DNA of 64,000 nucleotides from Ramazzottius varieornatus (lineage: Eukaryota > Animalia > Tardigrada), in assembly GCA_001949185.1 (NCBI GenBank), contig BDGG01000002.1, positions 372,001 through 436,000 of the forward strand, read 5' to 3'. Below are positions 14,896 to 28,691 of this stretch, one piece after another (positions within the stretch are counted from its first letter, which is position 1; each line of letters opens with the position of its first letter). Below the pieces are notes generated by a model. That model saw only the letters and a program-made list of their open reading frames with translations, did no database searches and had not been told where the DNA came from. A program made the position numbers and the translations under genes.

Positions 14896-16819
14896 GGTGA
14901 CGTCCGTCAGTGTCCAGCGACCATCAACCAGCTGCAGCTGTCACCTCGATCACTCCAGTCCTTGACAATAAATGCCGCGACCTGAAACGAGGAAAATGAA
15001 GGGGGTAAACAGGGAAGAGAAAGGTTGCTGTTTGTCCTGCTGATCAGCTTGTCACTGAGCACTAGTGCAAGCTGGCGAGAGCGTCGGCAGCACGTACCTT
15101 TGGCTTCCCTTCACTTGCAGCACAGCTGGTTCTCGCTTAAATGTGGCCAATAGAGCTGCTTCACCATGGCCGGATAGAGCTGCTTCCTTCATACACCGGG
15201 ACACGGGTAGATAATAATGGCAGCCAGTGATATCGATGGAGGGACGGGGGGCTAGCACATCGCAAATATCGGTCGATAGTGGAAGATGGCGGAGGAAAAT
15301 GGGGATCGATCAACAACGCAGGCCGCAAGTCGCTCCTTCACGTTGCGCCACTATTACACTTACTCACTGGTACCGTACAGCCTTCATCCTTTGCAGTACA
15401 CCCTCGCTCATCCCACTCTCGCTGGCCTGGCGTCCACATTCACCCTCTTGATCGGCCTAAGTACAAGATGAATCTGAGGGCTGCCGCAGGTGTAAGAGCA
15501 TCCCTGTGCTGGACTGTCAACATGGCAAACCATCAAATGATTAGTTACCCTGGATGATTAAGTGCTTGTTATACTGGGATACGCGTACCGCGAAAATCGG
15601 ATGAGACACTCGGAAAACAAGATTAAAATTGCAACGATCAGCAGAGCCGTTTTACTTCTCCTTCGAAGCTATCAAACGCCGCTCTCTCGATCACCTTTCA
15701 CGCCCTCCACGTCTCGAAAGAAGCTCAATTTCTTCTAGCGACCATCGCATTGCTTTCACTTTGTCCAAAAGAAGTTTCCATCTTTCATGGACATACCGGA
15801 TATACTCAGTGTAGGAAACGACCCGTGGGAATATCTGGCCCGATCGAGTGCAAGTCAACGTCCGGTGGCGGGATGGATAGCCACACCACATTCCCCAGAC
15901 AATTTCCGCCTCTTGATCCCTTTATCAACATCTATCTTGAAGACACTAGAACGCAACATAGGCTGCAATATTTTGAGGGCTGAATGATGATACAGTATCA
16001 AGATTGTCACGGCAGTTACAACACATTTCGTCTCATGAATAGACCTCAATGATGACAGAATTAGGGCAGGCTGTCCATCCATTTAACCAAGTTTCAATAC
16101 GCTCTGATCGGCCACAGCTGCTCTTCATAACTCCAATCTCCATATACACCAAATAACATCGGAAGAAGTGGTGTGTGAAGACTCAAAAGATGACCTGTCA
16201 ATTTCACACATTCGTTCTCCAGTCTATACATCTGCCAATCAAAAAGTTCCTAGCCGGTCAGAGTCCCTTCCTGTGACCGTAAGGAAGGTAGGAGGAATTC
16301 CAATTAGAATTCTCACGCGCTTCTACAACTCCAGGTCTACTTGTATCCACAGACAGCCATTTCTAGATTGTTGGGACCATTCGAGGTGGACCCAAACGTT
16401 CAAGCCAAGTAGAAGGTGATCATTGGCGCATTCGTTCTCTTCTGATGGAGTATCCGTGACGCGAGTCGCCGTACCGAATCACTGACAGAGACATACTGTA
16501 AAGTCTCCTTTAAACTTTATCAGTTACTCCCCAAATAAAGCTATATTCCAGCAGCGGAAAGCGCCTACAGACGTGAGCACTGTTCCAAGTGAAAGTGACA
16601 CACGTTCTACATGCTGTCATCTATGGACACTGGTACTTGCGCGCCCTCTACCGTGCAACTTAGCCACTATGAAGGAAGAGACATGAGCATACTATGCAAA
16701 CTAGTCTGCTGCGAAAAATCACACGTAGAAATATCAGAGAAAAACGCCCGGCCACCGCATTTGCCACAACCCTCTGTACACTACTAAATCCGCTACTAAA
16801 ACTTGGAAGGGCTAAAAGA

Positions 16820-19800
16820 CTAGAAAAAACTCCAGGCCTCGACATTCTTCACCAGAAAGTCACCACAAGGACACAGCGGCTCGTTCTCGAACGTCGAGCA
16901 TTCCGCCGTCCTTCCCTTATTGAAATCTTCGTCCATCCATATCCCAAATGAGCCCCTGCAAGCACCAAAACACCTTCATGTACGAACCAAGAAGCAGGCA
17001 ACCCCAGCCATGCTGTCTCTAGAAACGGAATGAAGCCTCCGAGCACTTGCATGCCTCTACACGGTAGCACAGAACGACACGCCGTATGCCCGTGCGTGAG
17101 CGAAAACCGAACGAAGCACCCTCAAGTACCTGCACACCTCAACACGGCACTGACAGTACGGTGGCTGCATGCAGGTGTCCCAGCGATTGACGTTTACTGC
17201 AGCTTGTAATGTAATACCTGCCAGAGCCGATGGCGATGTTTTCCAACTGTCCTCTAACGATGTATTCATTGCTGCCGATCCAGTTATACACCTGAAAACA
17301 GGAAGACCATTAGAGACGGGACTTCGTCAGCCTACACAGCAACACTTCTGCTGTGGTGGAAGTAATGGGGGGCAGGGACCATTAGCGAGGACTCCCTACG
17401 CGGTACGTCTTATGAAACCACAAAAATGGAGACTTCTCCAAGCGGAAAGGGGCAAAGTGTCGGCGTGAGGCCGCAATCATACAGGCACCCCTCAGATTTT
17501 GAAAAGCATTTCCAGCTCCTGAGTAATGGTTAATCACGTCAATTACGCCCACTTAGAGACGCCACTTCTGACGGCTCTTCCGTTTCTGACGTATTCATCT
17601 CTCACAGCGTGGAAGCACGTCTCTTGTTACTCTCCGAAATGATTTGCAAAGAAGGCTGGCTGTGCTCGTCCACAGTTTAGACATATGTCGATAAACAAAA
17701 GCCAACCTTGAATTGGGGGACGAGGGTAAAGAGGAGCGATTCGCCGGTGCCGTAAAAGTGTTCGGCGACGCGGAGTCCGCAGGAAATGATGGCACCGAAG
17801 ACATGTTCATTGACGTCCTTGACAATGAAGAGGGTCGGCGCGTCGATCTGTTGCATGCGCCGGTAGAGGGTCTTGAGGCTGAAGCCGTGCTCGCTGGTCG
17901 AGTAGATGAGCGTCCAGGGGTAGCCTTGAGCACGCGCCGGCAAGTGCGGCACCAGCCAGCGACAAATGTCGTCGCTCAAGATGTCACTGTGGCCACGTAA
18001 CTCAGGCAGCGGCAGGACACTCTCCTCCCGCTCCAGGAAGAAAGCCCGACGCTTGGCTTCGTCATAGGCTATCACCTCCCATTCCTTGGCCATGCCTGAG
18101 GAAAACACAATGGTTATCATAACGTGAGGTTGGCACTAGACCATCTCCCAGTCAATCGTCGTCCCAAGCGGCGCATACTCTCGGCCAAAATAAGCGAAAG
18201 TGCGCCACTTGACTAGACAATCCAATTTGACAAAGTCTTTGTCCCAAGTGGAGCACGCCCCCATACAGACATCACCTAACTATGATCCACTTGAGAAAAC
18301 CATCTTGTGAGGTTGTTTAGCGAGCTCACAAATATAGACAACCATCTTGTACTGGAACATGTGATGACTAATCATTCATATTCTGTTGTATTATACCACG
18401 GAGGTCTTTGGCAAAGTGTGAGTTGAGCTCTTCGTCGGGTTCGTCAAAGAGCATGAAGCCCAGCTCGGCTGGATCCATCTCTTCGGTGCCGTAAGCTTCT
18501 GGCCGCCAGTGCAGCATAAATCCGTAAAATTTCTCCGCTTTGTCGCGTTCAATGGCAAACCAGTATTCGGGCTTGAGGCGTTTCCTGTTGTGTGTCTCGA
18601 TGGCTCCCGTCCCTTTCGGGCTTCTGTTGGCCACCGGCACTCCCGCCCGGATGCACAGGTACAGAGGCTTACCCATATCTTTTTCCTTTGGCAAAAGGTC
18701 CTCCACCGATTTGAAGAGCTCCGGCTTATCCTCTGCCGTCACAACCGACCTGTGAAGAATAACCCTCATCAGATAAGTCAGGAACAAGAAAAGGAAGGGA
18801 CTCCTCAGGTACCCGCATACATTACGCTCTACATCTCGTGCACTTACCGGTATAGGTACATGCAATAACCTCAAAATTCCACCACATGATGGACCTACAA
18901 CTTACAAGTCTACTGGTGGTCACGGGACGTGGGTTACCGTCGACTGGTCTTCTAAGATCACGTGACCACAAGTAGGGATGCATTTGTTCACTGTAGTACA
19001 TACGGGGAAAAGGCTCGCCTGCGGCGCGCTCTTTAAGTTCGGGGAGTTGCAAGTACCATGGATGAGTACGGTGTTTAAATTAAGACCTAAGAGCTCGCGG
19101 GACACACAAGGAAAACTCTCCCACACACGGCGAAATAAAAGAAGAGTGAGACGATGATCAGACTAACTGGTAAGAGGTTCGCAAATGCCATCCGTCTAGG
19201 CGTCTAGTGAGGTAAATATTTCAAGAATGACTGACCAGATTCAAGTTGAACTATAGGCCCAGAACACGAGTGTATCATCAGCGGGTCCAAAGCTCCGAGC
19301 ACACTTAGCCTAAGGCAGGAGTGACATCAGAGAGACCCCAATTATAAAGTGCGTAATCTCGGAGGGCGGACGTACTCGTTCTGTGTCAAACTTATTGGAG
19401 CCTGCTGTCGGCACACCGCTGTTCTTGCCGTACCCTGTTTTTTCCTATATCCCTGACCAGCGTCCTCTCTTGGTTTAGAACATGCTCGACTAAAACTTGC
19501 TCAGTATGTTACCTGTAGCCGAATTTCTGTCGACGGACTGAAGCATGCTGTAGTACGTCATCCCTGGAGAGGCCACGACGGAGCTGCCAGGTGGTGAAGG
19601 ACTCGCCCGGAAGCGGCGAAGACTCTTCACTGCCCACTGAAAGGAGCTTGGGAGAGTTGGTTTCCTCGTTGTCCACGTTGAAGAGGCCACTGGAGTAGTC
19701 GACAAACGACTTGATCTTGGGCGAGACGGAAGCACGTAACGAGCCCGTTCGCTTGAATATGCCGTCCATGCCTTTGGACCACTCGTCAAAGTCCCCGGTC

Positions 19801-22197
19801 AGGCTGTTCTGCGAATCTTTCTTTCCCAACCCCAACGAGTAAGACAACTTCCTGCGACCAAGACCCAACACCAAGTAGTACTAAGGCATCTGTTGACCAA
19901 GCAAATCGAATGCGACAGCAAAATGCGACATCTAGAAATCCACACTGGGAGAACACAGCTGCCACCTTTCATCTACTTGCATACATCCACCCGTAGTCTT
20001 AACATGGACCAGAAGTATGCAGGTACATGAACGAACACCCCATCTTGCCTTTCGGCTTCAGTTTGGCAGCTCTGGCGACAATTTTAATTGGTAACTGCAG
20101 ATCTTCCATTGCAAAAGACTAACTCTTGGATATACAGGCAGACGCCGCCGTCATTTAATTCAGTTTGCACAGGACGTACGGTACACCTCATTCAATTCTT
20201 ACCGGAGCGGCGCTAACGAGCCTCGCTTCTTGCCGGCCGATTCTGTCGCCATGTCGTCGTCACTGGACTTTTCCACCGCCGACCTCGTTCGGAAGGGCGA
20301 AAGCCTCCTGGTTCGCGCCAGCATGCCTACAAAGTCGTCCGGAAGTGGTAAGAAAAAGTAGTGAAACTGCCATAATCTATGGAGTAGAATTTCAGCATCC
20401 GGCTGACGTACCTTCAGGCTTGTCGGTTGAAGGTTGCAACCCGCCTTTCAGCATTCCTTTCTGGCCTTCCTCTATACTCTCTTCCTGATGAGCCTCGCTT
20501 GTGGTGGTACAGACGGGCAGTGACGCCACCCGCCGTGTCAGCGTGTGCTCTTCATGAGCGAGCTCTTTTACCTTTGGGTCCTCTTTGATGGCTTCTTCCT
20601 GCTGGGGAAGGTTCTCCACAGAGTCCTGCCTTTCCGTTGCTTTTTCATCCGCCTCTTTCTCTGAAGATTCTTCGGGTAAGCTTTCGCTACGGTGAGCAAC
20701 AACCGAGGCGAACATGGCGGGTTCGATCTGCAAAACAGAGGAAAAGTGAAGCAAATACTGCGACCCACGTTCTTCCCGCGGTGCGGATGTACAGTATGCA
20801 GGTGGCCTGCACGGAACATAATTATGTTGCTGCCATCTTGTCCCGTGAAGTAGTTTAATTGCTGTTCCCGGACTTGAACCCATGAAAGAAGTATTTTCGT
20901 ACCTTGGAATGTCTTCGCGCTGCGCGAGGGACAATTTCAGAGTAGATGGCGGCGGAGAGGATATTTTCTAGCGGGATGATGGCCCCATACTTGTCCGAGC
21001 CATTCTTCATGACCAGCGTATCGGAGACGTTGGGGTCGAACATAATGGCGTTAGGCGTGACGAGAAGAACGCCGGAGACGTTGCCTTGGTCTTCGATCAC
21101 GTATGATGCATTGATTTTGAGGAAGCGTGCATGGCACTCCTCGTCCAGCCGTCCGCCTTCCCCTCTGCAAACAACCACAGCAAGATACACATCTCAATCC
21201 ACTTTATCACATTACGCCCTTGTTTATCCTTCCATTGCCCAGGACTCTATCACACTTCTCGTTCTGCCAATGCCATAGAAATCCCTCAAATTCTGTCTAC
21301 AACACGTCAGGAGGTTCACCATCGATCGCCACTAGAAACGTGAAACCACCAAGTCAACAACCAGTGCAACCCAAAATCCAGCCTGAGGGTCCGCAACACA
21401 GACAGACAAATCGACTAGAGGCGTTGGACACGAACCTGGATGAGGGTTCGATCGCTAAAACGAAAGGGTGCATGGCGCAGACCTGAGAGTTCTTTGGCCG
21501 ATTATTGATTACTTGATTGATTGGACGAAATTCCAAATGTTTTCACATTTCTTCGTTCCAAAAGCAAGTATTTCAAAATCGAGTATTTCAAAACAAGTAT
21601 TTCAAAACAAAAAATTGTCGGATAACTTACTCAGGCATCACAGATACAGAATCGACTGTGTTGTGGCCATTAAGTGAGTGCTCATCGGGGACAATGATGG
21701 CTTCGATGTGGCCAGGAATATTCAAGTGTCGCTCGTTGCTGATGCTTCGTTTCAGCACGTCCGTGGGCGACGTGGCTTTCGACCGTTCTCCTTCCTTGAT
21801 CCCTCCATTCAGTTGATGAGATACCTTAGCGGGAAGAGCGTCTTTATCGGGAATGAAAATGTGCTGGCCAGGAAAGACCATCCGTAGGGCAAGCTTGTTA
21901 ATCTTGACCACCTCCGAAGGTGTCGCGTCACATTTAGCGGATATACTTTCCAGCGTCTCCGAAGCTTGAACAATATATTCCATGGTGCCATCCGGGGGCT
22001 TCCGCTTAGGCTTTGCATTCGTAGACGGATGCTCTTTGTCGGGATCAAAGTCGGTAGGGGAGGTCGGTGGTGTCGGGGTAACCTTTTTCGTGAAATCCGA
22101 GGCCATGGCGAAGGCTGCGTTCCTTCCAATCGCGCAGTCTACCTGTCACTCCGTGCGCCTTATCCAGCTGTTGATGAAGTCATTCGGTTCAAGTTTC
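16820..22197 (-). CDS. OXR1: OXR1/NCOA7/mustard family protein (LysM + GRAM + TLDc); 5' exon(s) not located
   Basis: LysM MEYIVQASETLESISAKCDATPSEVVKINKL (21627-22106). GRAM GVLLVTPNAIMFDPNVSD (~20900-21165). KPEYWFAI motif. TLDc LPARAQGYPWTLIYSTSEHGFSLKTLYR and FYGTGESLLF. Last exon GSFGIWMDEDFNKGRTAECSTFENEPL...NVEAWSFF* ends at 16820. Confidence 0.93.
18165..18293. repeat. Palindromic intronic array, 2 units
   Basis: Arms at 18165-18176/18200-18211 (23-nt spacer) and 18245-18256/18282-18293 (25-nt spacer); OXR1 intron. Confidence 0.75.
21564..21608 (+). repeat. Short tandem repeat, 3 x (A/G)AGTATTTCAAAA
   Basis: aagtatttcaaaatcgagtatttcaaaacaagtatttcaaaac, intronic. Confidence 0.7.
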
Positions 22198-24921
22198 CTA
22201 CAAGCAAACAAAACAGATGCGATTCCTGTCCCCTCTCGCAGTGATCAAAGAGATAGGACATTCATGCTTGAGAGAAGAGCCCATCAATGTTTTGATTTCT
22301 CAAGGTGATCGATCCAACGATGGATAGGTGATTTACGTGAGGAAAAACCGAAAACACAGAACGGCTTCTCGATATCAAGTACAATCAAACTCGAACTTGT
22401 CAATCAATTAATCAATGATATCCAATCCTGAAAAACCGCTCCGGAAGTTGTTCGAGCACTGGGTCTCCTGACTGGAAAAGTCAGGATTTTCGCACCCATG
22501 ACCAAGTTGCCAGTTCCAGCGGTCTCTGACAGGTCGCACGAGACAACTGCCTAATTTTCTATATTAGGCTGGATAAATCACCCGTCCATCGCTGGATCGA
22601 TCTATCGTTGCTTTCCCTCCCCCTTTTCGGTTGAGAACTTCAGTACAGTTTGACAAGTGACAACTTGATAAAACTCACAACTCCAAAGGGGGAGGGGGCT
22701 GAGGGCGAGCTTAGAGCCTGCCGTACACAAGTCGCTGGAGGACATCCTCGTCCGGAACTTCCTCTTTGCTCATCACAAAAGAGTCTTCGTTCTATGGTTT
22801 CTCATCTCTAGTTTCCAGGAAGGCATAAAGCTAGAAAGGGTAATGCTATTGAAGTAGACTTGTTAACCACAATTATGTGGATCTTTACTTTCTGGCGACT
22901 TTTTTGCAACCATGCGGTCTTCCGCGGTGGATCGGTGAAAGTTACTCTGCCTGCAGCCATAACGCCCATCGCTTGTAGTCCTTTTCGAAATTACACCCGT
23001 AACGAGCCGAGAGTTTTTGAAGAGGCAGTTGTGCACAGTATGAAGTTATCTGCTTCCTACAGCACATTTTACTGGCAGGTGCTCGATTACAAAGGTTTAC
23101 AGGCTCTCAATGTGTATTTCAAGACGGCCAGGTGGAACCCTTCTCACACCTTCGAACAAAGACGCTGAGTTCCGAAAGAAAGAAAAAATTGCAAGCGTCT
23201 GAGTTCTTGGACGTCATCGCGCAAGAAACGCATGAAATCCTGTCAAAATCACAGCACGAGACGCCAATAAACTGCTTCGCGGAAATGTTTCGGTAATGCC
23301 AAAGAAGAAGAGCTATTTGTATGTCAATTGAATCGACTTGCAAGCGACGACCGCGCTGTTGAATGCTAATTGTAACGGTGCAATGGGGAACCCGGCTACA
23401 ATCAGCAAAATGGCGTCGGACCGAAATGCTGATTTTTCGGCATTTACAGTCCGTTTAACCGCAAGCATTCTCGATACGTGTACTTGTCAAGCAAGTTTCA
23501 CGGCGCAACACTGATATTTCTACCTTGCTGCAGCCTGTGGCAACGCTTGTCGACCAAACACCTGCCGGAATACTTTGTCCGTATCACAAAATGCATCGAT
23601 CGGAACCAAAGTACGGTAGTACCGAATCTTTTAGCATTTCAACCCGAGCAGCGCTTATCAAGTTACATTAGGGACATTAGGACTATCACCGAAATAGCTT
23701 CTCACGTTATACAGGTAATAAATTAAGCCTTATTGGTTCCGGAAAGACGTCGGCTAGGCTATATCGGGTATGCGGGGAATTAGAGATATTCGACTACCGC
23801 CTATTACAAGCCGTGATTCCGCAGCTGCTGTTCCCCGATCGATAAGACATCATCGCGAAAAGTGTTTCACAGCTTATCAACCTCGACATTGATGGTACAC
23901 CACAAACAGGCCGCTAATTGCAGCAGGTCCTTTTTCTCTGATCGAATTAGCGCCATAATGAGCCCATCCAAACAGTTTGATAAATTATTCCCCGATCTAC
24001 GCCAAACCAAGCTACCGGCAACTACAGTGTATATCCCCAACAGTCGAAAGAAGCTAAGAGAGAAATTCCAGTTGTTTCCGGTGATACGAATTGCAAATGG
24101 AACAAAAAATCGATAATCTCAGGTTGTCAAGTCATGTTTACCTGCGATAACTTCTCAGTCTGGCGAGCCGTTTGTTTCGTTGAGTACATACAAGGAAGAT
24201 ATTGGGATACACGTCGTAAACGATTAAAGCCCCTAGGCAATTCTGACTAATTCTAGAAAGTAATGAAAAGCAAACTTGAACATCCTACACAGCGGACTTT
24301 CGATACGGTACGCAAACACGAATTCGGAAGAAAAGTCGGCACTTCTTGAAGCGCTATACAGTGGACGTCAAGCCTGACAAGCAGAACGAAGGTACTGCTA
24401 CTGTCATAGTAGTCACAGTAGAAGGAGAAAGTGGAGTACAAGAAAAGACTAAAAGCTGCCATTCAAATTTACGCGTGTTTATTATTGATTTTAGCGAGTA
24501 TTTTGGACACTGCTTTACGGGCTTATGTTACTCTGTCTTTCTTCCTTGCGTCCTCCGTTGCCTTTCTTCCGGCTGGCGGCAGAACCCAGCCAGGGAGGAC
24601 TTGTCATCCATCACAGGGAATGGCGTTACGTATTCCACCATCTGCGTGAGACGCTGTCTTTTATCGCTTATCTCATCCAGGGACCATCGACCATTATTTG
24701 CGCTATCCCATGTGACAACATACGTTTAATGAGATGTGATGTATTCATCAAAGCAAGGCCACACACCCCAGACTGGAAGCGCTTCTGTACACAGCCCTCA
24801 CATCGATTCTTGGGAAAGTTGAGAGTGTTTTCGCAAGTAGCAACTGAGAAACGGGAAGATCAAACTTACTCGTGGTTCTTCCGAAGACTCACTTCCGCCC
24901 GCTAAGCCTTTCGGTAATGCA

Positions 24922-24936
24922 GGCGCCACCTAGTGG
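24922..24936 (-). promoter_or_regulatory. CTCF-consensus motif CCACTAGGTGGCGCC between the divergent OXR1 and Sec13 genes
   Basis: Matches the CCASYAGRKGGCRC core; function not shown. Confidence 0.4.
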
Positions 24937-24990
24937 ATGCAAATAGCGGATGCATGACGTCACATGGCTTACGTTTACGATTTCATTATA

Positions 24991-25806
24991 GAGATTGCGA
25001 GCGAAAGCGCACTAGCACAATTCGATACGNNNNNNNNNNNNNNNNNNNNNNNNNNNNNNNNNNNNNNNNNNNNNNNNNNNNNNNNNNNNNNNNNNNNNNN
25101 NNNNNNNNNNNNNNNNNNNNNNNNNNNNNNNNNNNNNNNNNNNNNNNNNNNNNNNNNNNNNNNNNNNNNNNNNNNNNNNNNNNNNNNNNNNNNNNNNNNN
25201 NNNNNNNNNNNNNNNNNNNNNNNNNNNNNNNNNNNNNNNNNNNNNNNNNNNNNNNNNNNNNNNNNNNNNNNNNNNNNNNNNNNNNNNNNNNNNNNNNNNN
25301 NNNNNNNNNNNNNNNNNNNNNNNNNNNNNNNNNNNNNNNNNNNNNNNNNNNNNNNNNNNNNNNNNNNNNNNNNNNNNNNNNNNNNNNNNNNNNNNNNNNN
25401 NNNNNNNNNNNNNNNNNNNNNNNNNNNNNNNNNNNNNNNNNNNNNNNNNNNNNNNNNNNNNNNNNNNNNNNNNNNNNNNNNNNNNNNNNNNNNNNNNNNN
25501 NNNNNNNNNNNNNNNNNNNNNNNNNNNNNNNNNNNNNNNNNNNNNNNNNNNNNNNNNNNNNNNNNNNNNNNNNNNNNNNNNNNNNNNNNNNNNNNNNNNN
25601 NNNNNNNNNNNNNNNNNNNNNNNNNNNNNNNNNNNNNNNNNNNNNNNNNNNNNNNNNNNNNNNNNNNNNNNNNNNNNNNNNNNNNNNNNNNNNNNNNNNN
25701 NNNNNNNNNNNNNNNNNNNNNNNNNNNNNNNNNNNNNNNNNNNNNNNNNNNNNNNNNTGTTCCTGCGCGTATCGAATGGTGCTAGTGCGCTTTCGCTCGC
25801 AATCTG
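24991..25806. mobile_element. TIR element with TA TSD spanning the assembly gap
   Basis: ta-GAGATTGCGAGCGAAAGCGCACTAGCACAATTCGATACG before the gap; CGTATCGAATGGTGCTAGTGCGCTTTCGCTCGCAATCTG-ta after it. Confidence 0.75.
25030..25757. other. Assembly gap (N run)
   Basis: Run of n characters. Confidence 1.
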
Positions 25807-26163
25807 TATATTGTTTCACGCTGTACAGTGAACGAGTACAAGACCACCATATCGAATCTTCAATTTTTGATCCAGATTCCAGATTTCTTCCATGTTCCAA
25901 CTTCCAACACTTTCGCCGAGCATTTCTTTCCTACATGATTCTGTTGCATGAGACGCTGAGCATCGCGTTGAGAGACTGCAGTACTTCTTCTGGACAGCGA
26001 TCACACACATGAACTGAAGGAGAGTGATCTACCAGCCCTCGCTGTGAGTGCTGCCAGTCTAATCTAATTCGTCTTCTTTTCTTGGGACTTTGATAAACAT
26101 TCTCCCTGGTGGACAACCAGTCCTGGATCCTCGAACTGAATTGTCTCTTGAACAACAGAAAAC

Positions 26164-27934
26164 ATGGCAAGTATGGTATGCAAGGATCTGAGATGAATGA
26201 CGATAAGAACGGAATGTCTTGATGAACGTTCTGATTTTGTTTACAGAGTCAGATACAAGTTTTATCACGAGTCAATTCTGGACATTCGGATCTCGTCGTA
26301 AGTCCAGCAAACATCTCTTGCAGAAACCTTACTGCTCATACCTTCCACCTTATTCTACGTTTCGTACTTCAGCACGATGTCAGATTTGACCATTTTGGGA
26401 CCTCGCTGGCGACTTGCTCATCCGACCGACTCATCAAGATATTCCAAGTGCAAAAGGACGAACACGCGGGCCAAACCTTCTCCCATGTCGCAGACTTGAA
26501 AGGGTAAGCTTTCGTGCATTTAAGTTCACCAGGAAAACAACCGTGAAATTTTCCTTGCAGACACGAAGATGCAGTATGGCAAGTCAGCTGGGCATTCCCT
26601 CTTCACGGCACCGTCCTCGCTTCCTGCGGCTACGATAGAAAAATTATCATCTGGCGTCAAGACGGTCGACAGTGGAGTATTGTATACGAGTACGTCCACG
26701 ATAGTCCTGGTAAGCTTTTGCTGATTTCCTTACCATTCTCCTTCAAGCTGTCATCCAGGAACCGTTCTCGCCTAGTGAACTGCATTTCCTTCGCTCCTTT
26801 CGACTTGGGCCGGTTAATGCTGGCTGCTGGTGCCAGTGACGGAACCATCCTGGTCCTTTCCTACCAAGGTATCAGTTCTGTCTTGGAAGATTTCACATGG
26901 TGCACCACAATGTCTAGACGTTGCAGATGATGGAACTTGGGCTATGAAGAAGATTCCAAATGCTCACGGCGTAAGTGGAAATTATGAGATTTGGTAATTT
27001 CGGTTTCTCGTCAATCAACAAGTGTTGGTTTGATTGGTAATGTTGTCTGACTTCCATTGACGTCACTGTCCAGTGGGCTCTACGAGTCCCATGACGTCGT
27101 GCGCGTGTCCGGCTGCTGCTAATTCTTCCCGACGGGACCCGACCTCCCTTGTCTTATCCTAATACTTCCGCGTGACTTTACCACAAACCATTTTGGTTAT
27201 CCCATCAATCTACGGTAGTTGTGTCCTTCTCAGTTGGGTGTGATGGCAGTAAGCTGGGGCGATCCTTTTTTCTATCCTCTCAACGGGAAGCGAGGAGACA
27301 CGGTCACAGCTCGCTTAGCGTCCGGCGGCTGTGATAACATGGTGAAGATCTGGAGGTACGTCTGATAAGACATAAGCTACTGTAGTTTCGTCTGCACTTC
27401 AACGACCATTCTTGCGGGTGCATAAACGGTGGATAGCGTTTGCTTTTGCAGGGAAAATGGCGACAACGGTGCATGGCCAGAAGAAAGTCGTCTGGACGGT
27501 CACACCGACTGGGTTCGGGATGTAGCCTGGCGGATCAACCGCCTCTTTGAGCACACCACCGTTGTTAGTGCTTCCCAAGATCGTAAGGTCCTCATATGGC
27601 GTCATGATGGACATACGGGGTGGACGCGGGATGTGCTGAAAGTCTTTGACGACGTCCCTTGGACACTGAGCTTCAACCCGACCGGAAGTTCCCTGGGTGT
27701 CTTCTGGGGAACCAACTCGGTACGTTCTCGTTTGTTGCTTTGCGCTGGGCTCATTGTTGAGATGACTATCTTTTGCTGTGTTTGCAGATGACAGTTTTCA
27801 GAGATTCCAACGGGCAGTGGTTGCCGATAACCGAAACGCCATCGGAGGACGAAGAGAATTTGGGCGATGAAAGCGGCCACAATACGACCAGTTTCAGCAA
27901 CGGCTCTCATGAAGCGGCCATGGTCAATCACTGA
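26164..27934 (+). CDS. SEC13: Sec13 WD40 protein (COPII/nucleoporin); start codon uncertain
   Basis: HDVRFDHFGTSLATCSSDRLIKIF (from 26372); HEDAVWQVSWAFP...LASCGYDRKIIIW; RLASGGCDNMVKIW; WPEESRLDGHTDWVRDVAW; SASQDRKVLIW; stop at 27932-27934. Confidence 0.92.
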
Positions 27935-28691
27935 CTCTAGAGCTCGGTCATAACAATGTCAGGGTCTACTATTTGACTGAGAGGTGGTTCGCTTCGAAGC
28001 TCGTTATTTTCACCTATAACATCTTTTTCGCAAAAACGCAAGATACAGTCCATGAGTTTGAATCTGGACATTTTGTGAATGCAACAAGTTGCGGTTGTTA
28101 TCCATATCTTCACATCTGTTTGATGGCTGGAACGCAGTAAACAGACGAGATCACAAAGAAACCTCTCGCCGATGACAGATGGGGGAAGTGTGCGGCAGAA
28201 AGTGCCATCCGGTTTAGACCATTGACCAAGGCCTACGCTGACGTCATAGTGCCGCCCTATGGTTGTCCGCCATTCACAGGCGGTCTTCTCTGAAGTTTTG
28301 CGAAGCGGATTGGCATCCTGGACTTCTGCCCGCTTCGCCAAGTAAATTTCGCTCGGCTTGGCTTGCTGCAATGGCGAAAAGTAAGCCGCATGGTGAGCCA
28401 TACTGCTACACTAGCGTTTCGCTACACAGCAATGGGATAGGCAAGCTGCTTTTGTCGAGTTGCGACTCCAGTCAGTCGAGACTTCCTTTCACGCGCTGTG
28501 ATGTTGCTTCGTTGTCTGTTACCTTCGGAATTTGGTGATCCTCAACTCTTAGACGTTCTTCATTCCATCTTTTTTGCGTGCTACTTCTATTTAAAATTTT
28601 AACCTCCTCGTGCGATTTCAGATCGTCTTTCAGTTTCTAGACATTAAATCGTTGATCGTCCAGGAGGCGGATCTTTCCACCATTAGGCAAG

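Noticed and set aside
23100-24900. Possible 5' exons of OXR1 or a separate gene
   Set aside because: No in-phase exon with recognisable homology could be fixed by eye.
24933-26012. Long ORFs of 273-359 aa
   Set aside because: Artefacts of translating through the N gap.
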